From: Utricularia gibba
Lineage: Eukaryota > Plantae > Magnoliophyta
Assembly: GCA_002189035.1 (NCBI GenBank)
Contig: NEEC01000002.1
Coordinates: forward strand, 4,588,001-4,652,000
DNA: 64,000 bases
Reading direction: 5' to 3'
Position 1 is the first letter of the stretch; every line of letters starts with the position of its first letter. The position numbers were made by a program, and so were the translations under genes. This document shows positions 1 to 11,587 of the stretch, one piece after another. The notes below the pieces were generated by a model. The model was not told where the DNA came from. It saw only the letters and a program-made list of their open reading frames with translations, and made no database searches.

Positions 1-954
1 TCTTTCTCTCAATTCCTAAAACTCTCATGTTTTCACTCTCTGTTTTGTGCTCATTTTCATCCTTTTTTCCACTCAATTCCTTGCCATCTCTTCTTTTTTC
101 TCCACTTTTTCGCATTTTTTTTTCACTCATTTTCACTTCACTCATCTCTTCTCCCTTACGAACGACCACCTTGTGCTTTCCATTATCAGTATGAAGGCCT
201 CTAGCATCACTCAGAATTCTGACTTGATCTTCATGTGCCTCCTTTGGAGATAATGGAGCAAGTGTGATGGAGCGTCCATTATAATTGAAGGAATATTTGT
301 TCTTGAAACCATCATGAAATGCTCTTCTATCATATTCCCAAGGTCTCCCAAGAAGAATATGGCTTGCATGCATAGGAACAACATCACATAGGACTTCATC
401 TTCATATCTCCCTATGGAAAACGTCACAAGCACTTGTTTGGTAACCTTTACCTCACTTCCTTCATTGAACCACTGCAGATTGTAAGGCTTAGGATGCCTC
501 ACGGTGGGTAGTCCCAATTTCTCCACCAAGATGTTGCTAGCAACATTGGTGCAACTACCTCCATCAATAATCAGGCTGCAAACTTTCCTATTAACAAAGC
601 ATCGGGTTTGAAACAAGTTCTCCCTTTGCTCATCATTATCCTTCACCCCAATGTTAAGCGTCCTTCGAGTGACTAATACTTCTCCAGAAACAGGCAATTC
701 ATCCTCATCACTTACTTCAGCTTCTGTCTCCACTAGATCATCATCATCTTCACTAACAACTTCGCCATTGCCCCTAATCACCATTGCTCGTTTATTTGGG
801 CATTCAGAAGCAATATGTCCAAGTACCAAGCATTTGAAACATTTTATGTTTCTGGTAGTTCCCTTTGGAGGTGTTGTTCGCTCCCCTTGCTTGGAACTTG
901 ATTGGATGTCGAATTTGAAGTGTTCCATGGATGACTTCCCTTTATTTCTCTCCA

Positions 955-1940
955 TCATCTCATTGGTGCCCCAAATTTCGAACCAGAAGTCCTCTTGTTG
1001 AAATCTCTTGCGAAACTCTTGCTAGATAGTTGTTTCTCAACCTTTGTGGCCATATGAATCATGTCCTCCATCTCAATGTAGTGATGAAGCTCCACAATAT
1101 TTGCAATCTCCTTATTCATCCCATGAAAAAACCTAGCCGTAGTTGCTTCTCTATCTTCCTGAACATGAGCTCTAATCATTAAAATCTCCATTTCCTGCCA
1201 ATATTCCTCCACTGGCCTTGAGCCCTGCTTGAGATTTTGCAAATGTTGATAAACATCTCTTTGGTAATGGTTTGGAACAAACCGCCTCCTCATAACTCTT
1301 TTCATCTCAACCCAAGTGTGAATTGGTTCTTCAGAGTCAATCCTTCTTTTAGCCACCAATTGATCCCACCAAATGATAGCATACTCACTAAATTCCATGG
1401 AGGCCAATCTGATTTTCTTTTCGTCAGAGAAGGTGTTGCAATCAAAGACATGTTCTACTCTTGTTTCCCATTGGAGATATGCATCTGGATCATTCTTTCC
1501 TTGAAATTGAGGTATCTTCATCTTGATGTTGTTAACATCCTTTCCAATTCTTCCTCCGTCTCTTCTACCTCCCTGATCTCGAAATCTTCTTGTATCCCCA
1601 TGCACAAAATCATTTTCACTATGTTCAATGTAGTCATCTTCTTCATCAGTATTCAGGGTTCGATCTCTTCTTCCAACAGTCCTTGCACTTCGTTGATCAC
1701 TTAAGTCATGTTCAGTGTTGATGCGTTATGCAATTGACTACCTCGACCCCTTCCAGCAGCATAATTATCTTGTCTTCGTGCTCTTGCAACATTTTGCAAA
1801 GAATTTTCGTGTTCATCAAGCCTGACATTTATGTTTTCCAGAATGCGATGCAATCTAGTGAACTCCTGTTGCATAGCTTTCAAAGTGAACCTCCCATCCG
1901 GTGAGTCATCCTTTTCATGCTCACTTCTGGAATTTGACAT
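955..1940 (-). pseudogene. CRM gag, disrupted by a stop near 1701 and a frameshift near 955
   Basis: ORFs 1701-1973 and 955-1605 carry retrotransposon gag motifs (WWDQL, RRFVPNHY, QGSRPVEEY). Confidence 0.85.
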
Positions 1941-2254
1941 CCTAAATACTGGACAAAAGAAAACGAGCAGCAAGGAAGAAAAGAGACTAAACTAAAAAGA
2001 ACAAAGAAACACATACAAGACCTCTTGCACACTTGAAAATGATATTCAATGTGTTCTTGCTATTCAATTGACACTCAATTTCGAGCTCTTCTTCAATCAA
2101 CTTCCTGTGAACCTCCCTTTTTTTTTGTACTAAAGCCAAAAGTAATAAGGACTTGGCTTGAACGATTTTTTTTTTTTTTTTTTTTTTTTTTGAATAGGCA
2201 GGAATGGAAGAACTCAAACAAGAACTGGATAATAATAAGGATAAGGAACCCAAA

Positions 2255-2266
2255 GCTCTGATACCA
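2255..2266 (-). promoter_or_regulatory. Primer-binding site (initiator tRNA-Met)
   Basis: Reverse complement reads TGGTATCAGAGC, 3 nt after the LTR end. Confidence 0.9.
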
Positions 2267-2269
2267 AAA

Positions 2270-2870
2270 TGATGTGACCCTCTAATCTATAGAGATTGGC
2301 AACCCACAAAAAAGAGTGATTTTGAAGCTTAGAAGAGAACCCACCCAAGTCTACCCTCAAGAGAATAAATCTCTTGCAACCAGACTTCGAAATAAAGAAA
2401 ATTAGAGCCACACTTCAGAAAAGAGAGATTGATTGGAAGTGATAATCCTAGAACGCCACAAGCTCAAAGTTTTATAAGTTAAGAGTGTTCAAGCACTCAA
2501 AGGAGAGGGGAATCCTCACAAGATACATAAAATGACCAAAGATCCTGAATTAGTACATCTCTAGAGTATTTATACTCTAGAATTGGGCTCTAACATTACA
2601 TAGTCCAAACTAAATGAAATAGAAAAGTTTAACAAGCCAATGCTCTAAGTTAAGTCCATCTTCAAGTAGTTGAGCTCTTTTGATGGGATGTCTTCAAGCC
2701 AATGTTTGATTCCAATGGTATTGAGTAGACCCTTAAGTGTATCTTCAACCATCTTTGTCATGCTCCTAGTCATTGGTCCTGGTGAAATCATCTTTCTTTC
2801 TAATTTGTTCACTTGAACAAACTCCTCATCATTCTTCAAATACACTTCATTATCTTCCTGGGGCTCATCA
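2270..2870 (-). repeat. 5' LTR (601 bp) of the CRM element
   Basis: Termini TGATG/CATCA. Contains a CR-motif-like reading GPMTRSMTK (ORF 2645-2908), typical of CRM LTRs. Followed after 3 nt by the PBS. Confidence 0.85.
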
Positions 2871-3215
2871 GAAAGATAGAAGTAAAAGAAGAAGGAGAGA
2901 ATTTCCAAAACTCAAGTCCTCTTGAACTTTAAGACTCAATAAACCTTAAATGATCAATCTAAGTGTGGTTCAAAGAGATAAGAGTGGATAGGGTAATAAG
3001 TGGGATAAAATGGGTAATATAGGACTTGGTGATGGTAATATTAATTATGAATAGGTAAGAGTAGGAATGAAAAGATAGAGTGTAACTTGTTGTGATTAGC
3101 ACCAAAAGTAGTAGGTAGACAAATGAAAAGAGTTAAAATGGAATATAAGTGGGATAATAGACAAAGTTGTACAATCTTGACTTTTCTTTTGTTTAGTAAG
3201 TAGAAGATTAAAATG

Positions 3216-3629
3216 AAAAGAGCTCAACTATTGAAGATGGACTTAACTTAGAGCATTGGGCTTGTTAGACTTTTCTATTTCATTTAGTTTGGACTATGTA
3301 ATGTTAGAGCCCAATTCTAGAGTATAAATACTCTAGAGATGTACTAATTCAGGATCTTTGGTCATTTTATGTATCTTGTGAGGATTCCCCTCTCCTTTGA
3401 GTGCTTGAACACTCTTAACTTATCAAGTTTTGAGCTTGTGGCGTTCTAGGATTATCACTTCCAATCAATCTCTCTTTTCTGAAGTGTGGCTCCTAATTTT
3501 CTTTGTTTCGAAGTCTGGTTGCAAGAGATTTATTCTCTTGAGGGTAGACTTGGGTGAGTTCTCTTCTAAGCTTCAAAATCACCTCTTTTTTGTGGGTTGC
3601 TAATCTCTATAGATTAGAGGGTCACATCA
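3216..3629 (+). repeat. 5'-truncated CRM LTR, inverted copy of 2270-2681
   Basis: Manual alignment gives 7 substitutions and 4 single-base indels over ~413 bp. Ends in GGGTCACATCA. Confidence 0.9.
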
Positions 3630-3685
3630 CTTTCTTTCATTGTTCTCTTTCCTTCCTTTTGTCTACACTTTTATCTTTTAGTAGG

Positions 3686-5645
3686 ATGTCGAGCTCTAAC
3701 AACTCTGTAGAAGAATCAGGTGCTATGGGTGTTCGTTTTGTACTTAATGCAATGCAAGGTGAGTTCAGGAGACTGCAAAGATGCATGGAGCAAATCCACA
3801 TCAAACTAGAGGAACTTGATGAATCTCTAAAGAACATCAAAAAGCAAGAAGAGGACAGTGTCTCCCATGGAAGAACAAGAGTTCCAACACACCATAGCAG
3901 AAGGAATTCTCAACTAGAAAAAGATTCAAAATTTGAGGCTGAAGAGGCAAGGCATGGTGAACAAAGGAGAAACAATAACAATATCCGTGATGAGTATGAT
4001 TCATCTGATGGTGAAATTGGAGGCGAAATCGTGATGTAAGATATACTGAAAGACCAAGGGTTAGACACACACATGAATACAAGGAATTCGATAACATCAA
4101 GATGAAAATCCCTTCTTTTCAAAGGAAAAACGATTCAAATGCCTACTTGGAATAGGAGGCTCATGTGGAGCACGTGTTTGATTGCCACAACTATTCTGAA
4201 GTCAAGAAGATCAAGCTTGCTATTGTTGAGTTTACAGTTTATGCCATAACTTGGTGGGATAATGTAGTACTCAAAAGAAGACGAAATGATGAAGAACCAA
4301 TTCGCACTTGGGCTGAAATGAAGAGGATCATGAGAAAAAGGTTCATTCCCAATCACTACCAAAGAGATCAACACCAAAACTTGCAGAAGCTAACTCAAGG
4401 GAGCAAAACCGTGGAAGAATATTGGCAAGAAATGGAAGTGTTAATGATTCGAGCCAATATAACAAAGGATAGGGAAGCTACAATGGCAAGATTCCTCTAT
4501 GGTTTAAACAAGGAAATCTCTCAAGTGGTCAAGCTGCAACACTATGTAGAATATTGAATATATGTTGCACGTTGCCATCAAGATTGAGAAGCAACAAAAG
4601 TCTAAGGGACAACAAAGAGACCATCCAAAACCTTCTACCTCGTGGAATGCTGCTGGAAGTAAGGAGAAGAAACCAAATTATTCTTCATTTGGGAAATCAA
4701 CCAAGTTTGGACCGATGAAAGAGGGCACTCCAGATACTTGAAACCAGGAAAGAGGATTTAAGTCTTTTGGGAAAACACGAAATATCAAGTGTTTCAAATG
4801 TCTTGGCCATGGCCATATTGCTTCAGAATGCCCAAACAAGAGGACCATGATTCTAAGGGATTCTGGAGATGTTGAATCTGGAGTTGAGTGTGAAAGTGGA
4901 AGTGAAGTACATGAATTAGATTATGAGGAACAACAACCTGTCATTGGTGAAACTTAGGTAACAAGAAGGACTTTAGCCTTGGGTGCTAAGCCAATGGAGG
5001 AGCAATGCGAAAACTTATTCCATACACGTTGCTTTGTGCATGGGAAGGTATGCAGCCTAATAATTGATGGAGGCAGTTGCACAAATGTTTCTAGTACTCT
5101 CATGGTGGATAAACTCCAACTTCCTACTCTCAAACATCCAAATCCCTACAGGCTTCAATGGTTGAACGAAGGAAGTGAAGTAAAGGTCAATAAACAAGTT
5201 CTTGTTGCTTTCCAAATTGGAAAGTATCAGGACGAGGTTCTTTGTGATTTAGTACCCATGCATGCTGGACACATACTCTTGGGAAGGCCGTGGCAATACG
5301 ATAGGAAGGTGATCCATGATGGCTATACTAACAAGTATTCCGTTTCTATGAAAGGAAAACCTATCACATTGGTGCCTTTATCTCCAAAAGAGGCACACAA
5401 GGATCAACTTAAGATTGCTGCTGCTATTAAATCCTTTGGTGAGTTGAGGGATGAGAGCTTGGGAGAGAAAAAAGAGATATCACGAGAAAGGAAAAGAATA
5501 TTTAAAAAAGAGAGTGAAAAGAAAGACGTGAATGAAGAAGTTGTGAGAAAAAAAGAAATGGAGTGCCTTGTTGCAAGAATGAGTGATGTGAAAAGAGTGT
5601 TACATGCAAGAAATCCCTTTCTTTTGGTCTTGTTTAAAGAGCCTT
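3686..5645 (+). pseudogene. CRM gag-pol fragment (gag, zinc knuckle, protease), truncated before RT
   Basis: ORFs 3554-4039, 4165-4557 and 4979-5695. Motifs IKMKIP, WWDNV, CFKCLGHGHIASEC, SLIIDGGSCTNV, HILLGRPW. Contains stops and frameshifts. Confidence 0.9.
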
Positions 5646-5723
5646 TGTTGAATCTGGAGTTGAGTGTGAAAGTGGAAGTGAAGTACATGAATTAGATTAT
5701 GAGGAACAACAACCTGTCATTGG
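5646..5723 (+). repeat. 78-bp perfect copy of 4870-4947 at a TE-TE junction
   Basis: Base-by-base identical: TGTTGAATCTGGAG...CCTGTCATTGG. Confidence 0.95.
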
Positions 5724-8700
5724 GCACTTCCACCATCAGGGGGTTCCGTCTCCTCTGTGGCTGTCGAATGGGCTTTGTCCCATCCTCTAAATCCTATGAG
5801 TGCAAATAGAAGGGCTGATTCCCTTGATGTTAGCTAAGGTCCAACAAATTGCTTGTTTGTGCTCTTGAAGCACAGCCTTAAGCTTCTCCTTCTGTTCCAA
5901 GATTAGTGAATTAGAGACAATAACAGGTAGGGTCTCATCATCACCAAGAAACAAATATTTCAAATTTTCGGGCAAAGTCTTTAACTCTAATGATGGTGCT
6001 CGAACAACGGAAGGCACTAGCGGCTCGCTAGGTGTTTCCAAGCTAAGAAAAGAAACATCCTGCACGTGAGGTTCATTAGGTGGATCATTTGAATGATTAA
6101 AGACTTAAAGCTCAGCAAGAGAAAAGTCTTCATATTGAGAAATCTCCGTGTCTAAATCAGATTCGGGCCCTTGTTCATGGATCATCGCATAGTGATCAGT
6201 TTCAGTTTCGCATGTGGAGATCGCATGTATCTCATTGATCTGATCAGGATGCTTCATGGCTTTGTCAAGACTGAAGTCTAGCACCTATCCATCAAACTGA
6301 AAACTGATGGTGCCTTCTTGTACATCAATCTTTGTACCTGCACTAGCCATGAATGGTCGTCCTAAAATAATGGACTCCAAAAACTTAGAATTATCACTTT
6401 CCATGGGAATAACCAAAAAGTCTGTTGGAAAAACTAAATCTTTAACATGAACAAAAACATATTCTATTCTACCATCTGGTGTAACTTGTGATCTATCTGC
6501 TAATTGGCATACAACATTCGTCGGTTCAAGTTTGCCTAACTTAGATGCAAGAGATAAATAAAGAGATTAGGCATAACATTGACCGAGGCACCAAAATCAC
6601 ACATAGCTATTGAAATCTTTGTATTTCTAATGGTAACGGGAATTGAAAACATACCGCGATCCTTACACTTTCGTGGCATTCTCCTTTGAATGATGGCTGA
6701 AATGTTTTCATTCAAAGGGATCACTTATTGTTCCACCTTTGCTTTTTCTTCGGGTCACACAGGTCTTGAGCAACTTGGCATACATGAGGACCTGCTCAAT
6801 CATAACAAAAAGAGGAATAGAGACATTAACCTTCTTCATCATTTCCATAAAAGTTTTCAGTCCTTTCTTGTTCTTGTTCGTTCTTTGAAACCTCATCGGG
6901 AAGGGTGGCGGTATGACCAACGGCTTGGTCTGAGGAACTTCAATTGCCTCCTTCTCCTTAAAATCTTCAGGTGGCTTTGGGACATCATTGTTCTGCATTG
7001 GTGAGTCATCTTGATTCTCACCAATGATCTCTTCGTCGACATCAAAATCACTGTCTATGACCTCTAGCTCCTTTTCTCCGGATCTGTCTACCTTGTTTGT
7101 GAATCATGGGTATGGGTCTGGTAGGTAAGTTCCACTTCTAAGCAAGATGGCAGTTATGTGCTCTGGATTCTGCACTGGTTGTCATGGCAATCCTCCCTTT
7201 GTTTCCAAACGGTTCATTTCTTGCGCAAGCTGAGTAATCTGGCCTTGTATACTTGTGATTTTGCCCTTCATGTCCTTCTGCTCAGCATGCATCTTGGAGG
7301 TGCTTTCAACAAGAGATTTGACCATGGCCTCTAAACTGTGATTCGGTTAGTATGGAACCATGTGTTGTTTTGGAGGTCCATTTATTTGCAAGGGCTGAGG
7401 TGGTCCAGTGATAGTCTTCTAAGGAATACCAGGTGGGTTCCCTAGTGATGGTGCTTGACCAGGAGGTGCTGGCTGTCTCCAGCAAAAACCAGAATGATCT
7501 CTTCGAGGCATCTGATAATTTCCATATTTGTATGTCCCTCCATGGTTCTGATAAAAAGCATTGACTTCTTCCACTGCCAGTTCAGGAACTCTCGATCTAG
7601 GGTCAAAGTGAGATGGCATAGAATTTGAGGTTCCTTGATAACTTTCCTTTTGTTGAAGCAAGGCTTGAAAACCAAACTTCAATATGTCGCTCACTGCTGC
7701 AAGTTGACCCAATACTTCTGAATTGTCCACTCCATAGACCACTTTCGCTGTTCCAATCTTTCCACCAGATGGTCTATAGGAGTTGTCATAACGATTGGCT
7801 GTGGAATAGGAATTAGCACTCGTTTGTTCAATAAGTCTTCGAGCATCGACACTATGACATTTCGCTAATAATGATCCATTACAAACGGCATCCATCTGTC
7901 CTCGGATTATAGGAGTCAATCCTTCATAGAAGTGTTGCAAGATCTGCCCTTCAGTGTGTCCATGCTGAGGATAAGAGTTGAAGATTCGGTTGAAATGATC
8001 ATAGTACTGCTGCAAGTTTTCTCCCTCACTCTGCATCATGGTAGTTGAGGCATCCTTCCAGCTGAAGCTCTTCCTAGTGGTGCAAGTTTTCTCAGAGACA
8101 TCGTATGTCATAAAAGCAACAGAATTTTAAAAATTTTGAGAAACCCCAATCGTAGATCTTGGAATGCGGTATACATTAGACAAAGGGATGCTGAAATTAC
8201 CTTTCTGAGGACTCCGTTGTTCACCCACCACCAATAGCAGACGGACCCTATGGTATCCACACGTGGAGCACTCCGTCGATAACCTTCTCAAGGCTGTTGA
8301 ATGCTGGTCGAATTCCTCAGGTGCTAGTAGAGAAAAATGCCTCCTTGTGGATTAATCTCAGAGAGCACGAAGATCTCGACGGTGATCTCTTGATCTATAT
8401 CTTTTGATAGATATTTGGTGACATATCAATTTAAATCTCCATAAAGATCTCATATTGTGGAGATATATATCTGTTACAAATCTTATCTATACAGGATCTT
8501 TTATTTTGAATTTAATCAATATTAATCTCAAAATAACTCTCTATTTAATTTATCCACTTTACCAATTACATCTCATGTAATTGTGTTATTCTATTTGATA
8601 TCGATGAATGACTCCACTATTGTGTGTGACCCTATAGGCTTCTTCAATCAAGGCCGTAATAATGGAGTTATTAATTAACTCTTAATTAATCAAATCCATC

Positions 8701-11583
8701 ATTATCGATCATGAGTGATGTCTAGCAACGTATCATGATCCCAAGGATTAAAGAATAATCAGGTGAACAAATTGAAACTTTCCATAACCAGCCACCATGC
8801 AATGAACAGCTTTTATCATACTCATATCTCATTCGATACCAGAACATGGGTGTGTGTCTTTGTGATGTAACGAACTTATAATTGTATTCAAGTACTAACA
8901 CTCAATGACCTATTCAAAGAATTCGAGTGTCATTACCCTCGACGTAGGACTTACTGTTAGGCTTTGATGGAATTACTTGAGATATGATCTCATCGCTAAC
9001 ATGAGTGATGAACCCTTTATTGATTAATCAACTATATCCAATCTTAAGGAGTCACATCCCTACGCATCCATACTAGGCAAGCCATGGTTAGACTCCCATT
9101 AGTAATGAGCGAAAATGTGAGCTTAAGATCAAGATAACTTTTTTAACCTCTAGTCTAAGCTGACTTGCACGGCTGTCATATTCGAGATCTTGCTACTAAC
9201 ACTTGGTTAGCTTCCCATAGTAGCATCTCGAAGATGAGTCCTCCGGTGAATCGATTCTCTAATCGACACCCACACATAGGTTCTAGTAATCTCATTACGT
9301 CAATTGTGATAACCATTGCCTAAACAGTTTAGGAAACTCAATGTGTGCTAGCTTATCCGTATTTGTGATATCCTCATTTCACAAACACTCTAGCAAGGGA
9401 GTTTTTAACTTGAACATAAATGCTTGAAGAATCTCACATTATATCTCATCATAATTTCTATATCACATACATTAAGTAGAGGATCTTATCAATGATATAA
9501 ATTTGATCACAATTCAAAGTAAATATCAAAAGATAAGATTTGCCAATGAGTTGATTGTGTCTAGAAAACATGCACAAACATACCGATCCAAAAACTTTTG
9601 AACCATCTACTCCCATGTGGCGATAGATGAAGGTAGAAGTCCATAGAGCCACTATAAAGCTCGTTCAGTAAGACTGAAGGGAAACACTCTAAGTTTGACT
9701 TGATTCTCCGTAGCTCCCTTGGGGTGCATGGATGCACAAGCCGTGTGCAACTCACGTAGATGACGGTTAGGGTCGTCATTTTCCCTTCTAGCAAACTTCG
9801 AAAGCCTCTGGAATAAGTAAAGATGTAGCTCATAGTCTTCTTCTCCATCAAAGATGATGCATAAGGGACGGTCGAAGTGATTTGCTGTGATTTCCTTCTT
9901 GATGGTCCGCAGTGCTGGTCGATAGTTAGCGGGAAGTAGTACTGGAAAGTTTCCATGAGATTGTTCTCCCTGGGTCTCAGGAACTACTGGTACTCCATCG
10001 GGTACATGTGCTGCCATGATGTCTCTAGTGGTTGAACAAAACGTCTACTCTCTCTTTGTAGAAAGAAAGGTTCGTTCCACCTCTTGGTCCAAAGGGTATA
10101 GAACTTATCGGTAAGATCTCAGGCTTGGATGAACCCTGGGTGGACCTGGCTGCATAAAAAGGCAAAACAAAGCAGCAACGGAAACAAGAAAAAAGAAACA
10201 ACAAGGAAAAGAAAGAAAAAGAAAAGAAAACTAAAGGGGAAAATAAAACGAAACTCACACACAACACCAAACACAAAAAAATTTCCACAACAAATTTTAA
10301 TATTTTTTTTAAACCCGTAAAACATAAAAACGTAGTACGGGTGTCAAACATAGGGAGTTGTTTTTGAGTGAATGGTGAGGTACCCCGAATACAACTGTCA
10401 TGATTTGTAAACGGTTTTAAAAGTGAAATGTGCGAGAAACATTGATGATGAAGCTTGAGTAAGGGAATAAGAGGGGTTTTGAAAAGACAAGTGAAATAAA
10501 CGTAAGCGATGAACCTTAAATAAAGTAAATGTTTCTAGGTTTGGAATCCTGTACAGCTATGTTCGTTGCGTCTTCACTCTTGGTTATAGGATTAAAGAAT
10601 TGTCTACCCTCCCTTACACTCTCTTACAAGAAGGCTCCTCTTTGGACGAACGTGAGAATAAGAAGTCCTGCCAGTGTACCCTCACGGTCGAATTGTGCGC
10701 GTGTGCCCGAGTGTTGCCAATGACCTAATGAGTCCAGATACGAGGTCACTACCTGTCCATTGATCCTAAGGTACAGCCACAGAAAAAATGTAGTCTTCCT
10801 CCTGCCAAAAGGGCGTTAGTTGGTGCTCTCCACCTTGCTCCTCTCAGAAACTCGTGGGAAGTGATCAGCTAACCATAAATCTTGAATAAGGAGACTGTTA
10901 CAGAAAGACTGCAATATAATCACGCGAAAACATACGAAACGCGTTTGGATTCAAAGAAGAGATGAAGATAAGCTAACAAAACATAGATTTGGGAGTATCC
11001 CAACCCAAAAACGGAAGTATCTAGTCGCGAACGACCATACAAACGAGAGAAAACGAAAACAAGGTTTTAGAGAGAAGGTAGAGGAAAATCCTCTAGAGAG
11101 AGAAACGAAAGTCTAAACTAAACTAACAACCGCCTTGCCAACATCTGAATAGAACTGCACTTCAATGAGAGTCTGAGATTTCGTGTCCACTTGGTTCTGT
11201 TGAACTTGGGGTGACTTGCAAGCAAACATCTACTCTCACACTAGTACGCTAATGATGTCGCCTATATGAGACTCCCGTGTTCCGCACATCAAGTCTTATG
11301 ATTAGGCATGTGCAGTCTTTCGGAAATTAAGGGAATGTCAGCTTGGGAAGATCCAATTTGTTGCTATCTGATGCCCTCTTTCTCTCACTTCCTGCCACGT
11401 GGTGCGCCTCTAGAAAAACTTAATAAAATTTAACAAAATTATTATATAAAATACAAGATTTAAGATAGATAACCTAACTAGATAAAAACCTAAATGTGAT
11501 ATTATAGACGCCTAATTAGACATTCCAAATCACAATTAAGCATAAAAACAACACAAGAAATAGTAATAAAATGACACTAAATA
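5724..11583 (-). mobile_element. Athila-type Ty3/gypsy element (5' LTR, gag, protease, start of RT), interrupted by an Angela solo LTR
   Basis: gag ORFs 9652-10017 (DDPNRHLRELHTAC...KLRVFPFSL) and 7419-8111, protease AMCDFGASVNVMP near 6580, RT start KPIRQPQRR near 5770. LTR about 10340-11583, homologous to 23340-24561. Confidence 0.8.
8081..9580 (-). mobile_element. Angela-lineage Ty1/copia solo LTR (~1.5 kb) inserted in Athila gag
   Basis: Starts TGTTTGTGCATGTTTTCTAGACACAATC (BARE-1/Angela-like start) and ends ...AACTTGCA. Collinear with 35856-37309. The host gag reading continues on both sides. No TSD recognisable. Confidence 0.75.
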
Positions 11584-11587
11584 GAAG

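Larger units (their letters stand above)
1..2870 (-). mobile_element. Ty3/gypsy CRM (centromeric chromovirus) element, 5' part (LTR, PBS, gag, protease); runs off the window start
   Basis: LTR TGATG...CATCA at 2870-2270, PBS at 2266-2255, gag (IKMKIPQFQGKNDPDAYLQW), zinc knuckle CFKCLVLGHIASEC near 800-850, protease SLIIDGGSCTNV near 530-590. Confidence 0.9.

Noticed and set aside
2166-2191. 26-nt T run (poly-A on the element strand)
   Set aside because: It lies inside the CRM 5' UTR with no TSD or SINE/LINE body recognisable, so it is most simply a homopolymer expansion.
10310-10345. Shared CGTAGTACG word next to the LTR end here and near 23330, considered as an unusual PBS
   Set aside because: I could not match it to a tRNA 3' end from memory, and both copies are degenerate. 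It needs a tRNA database search.
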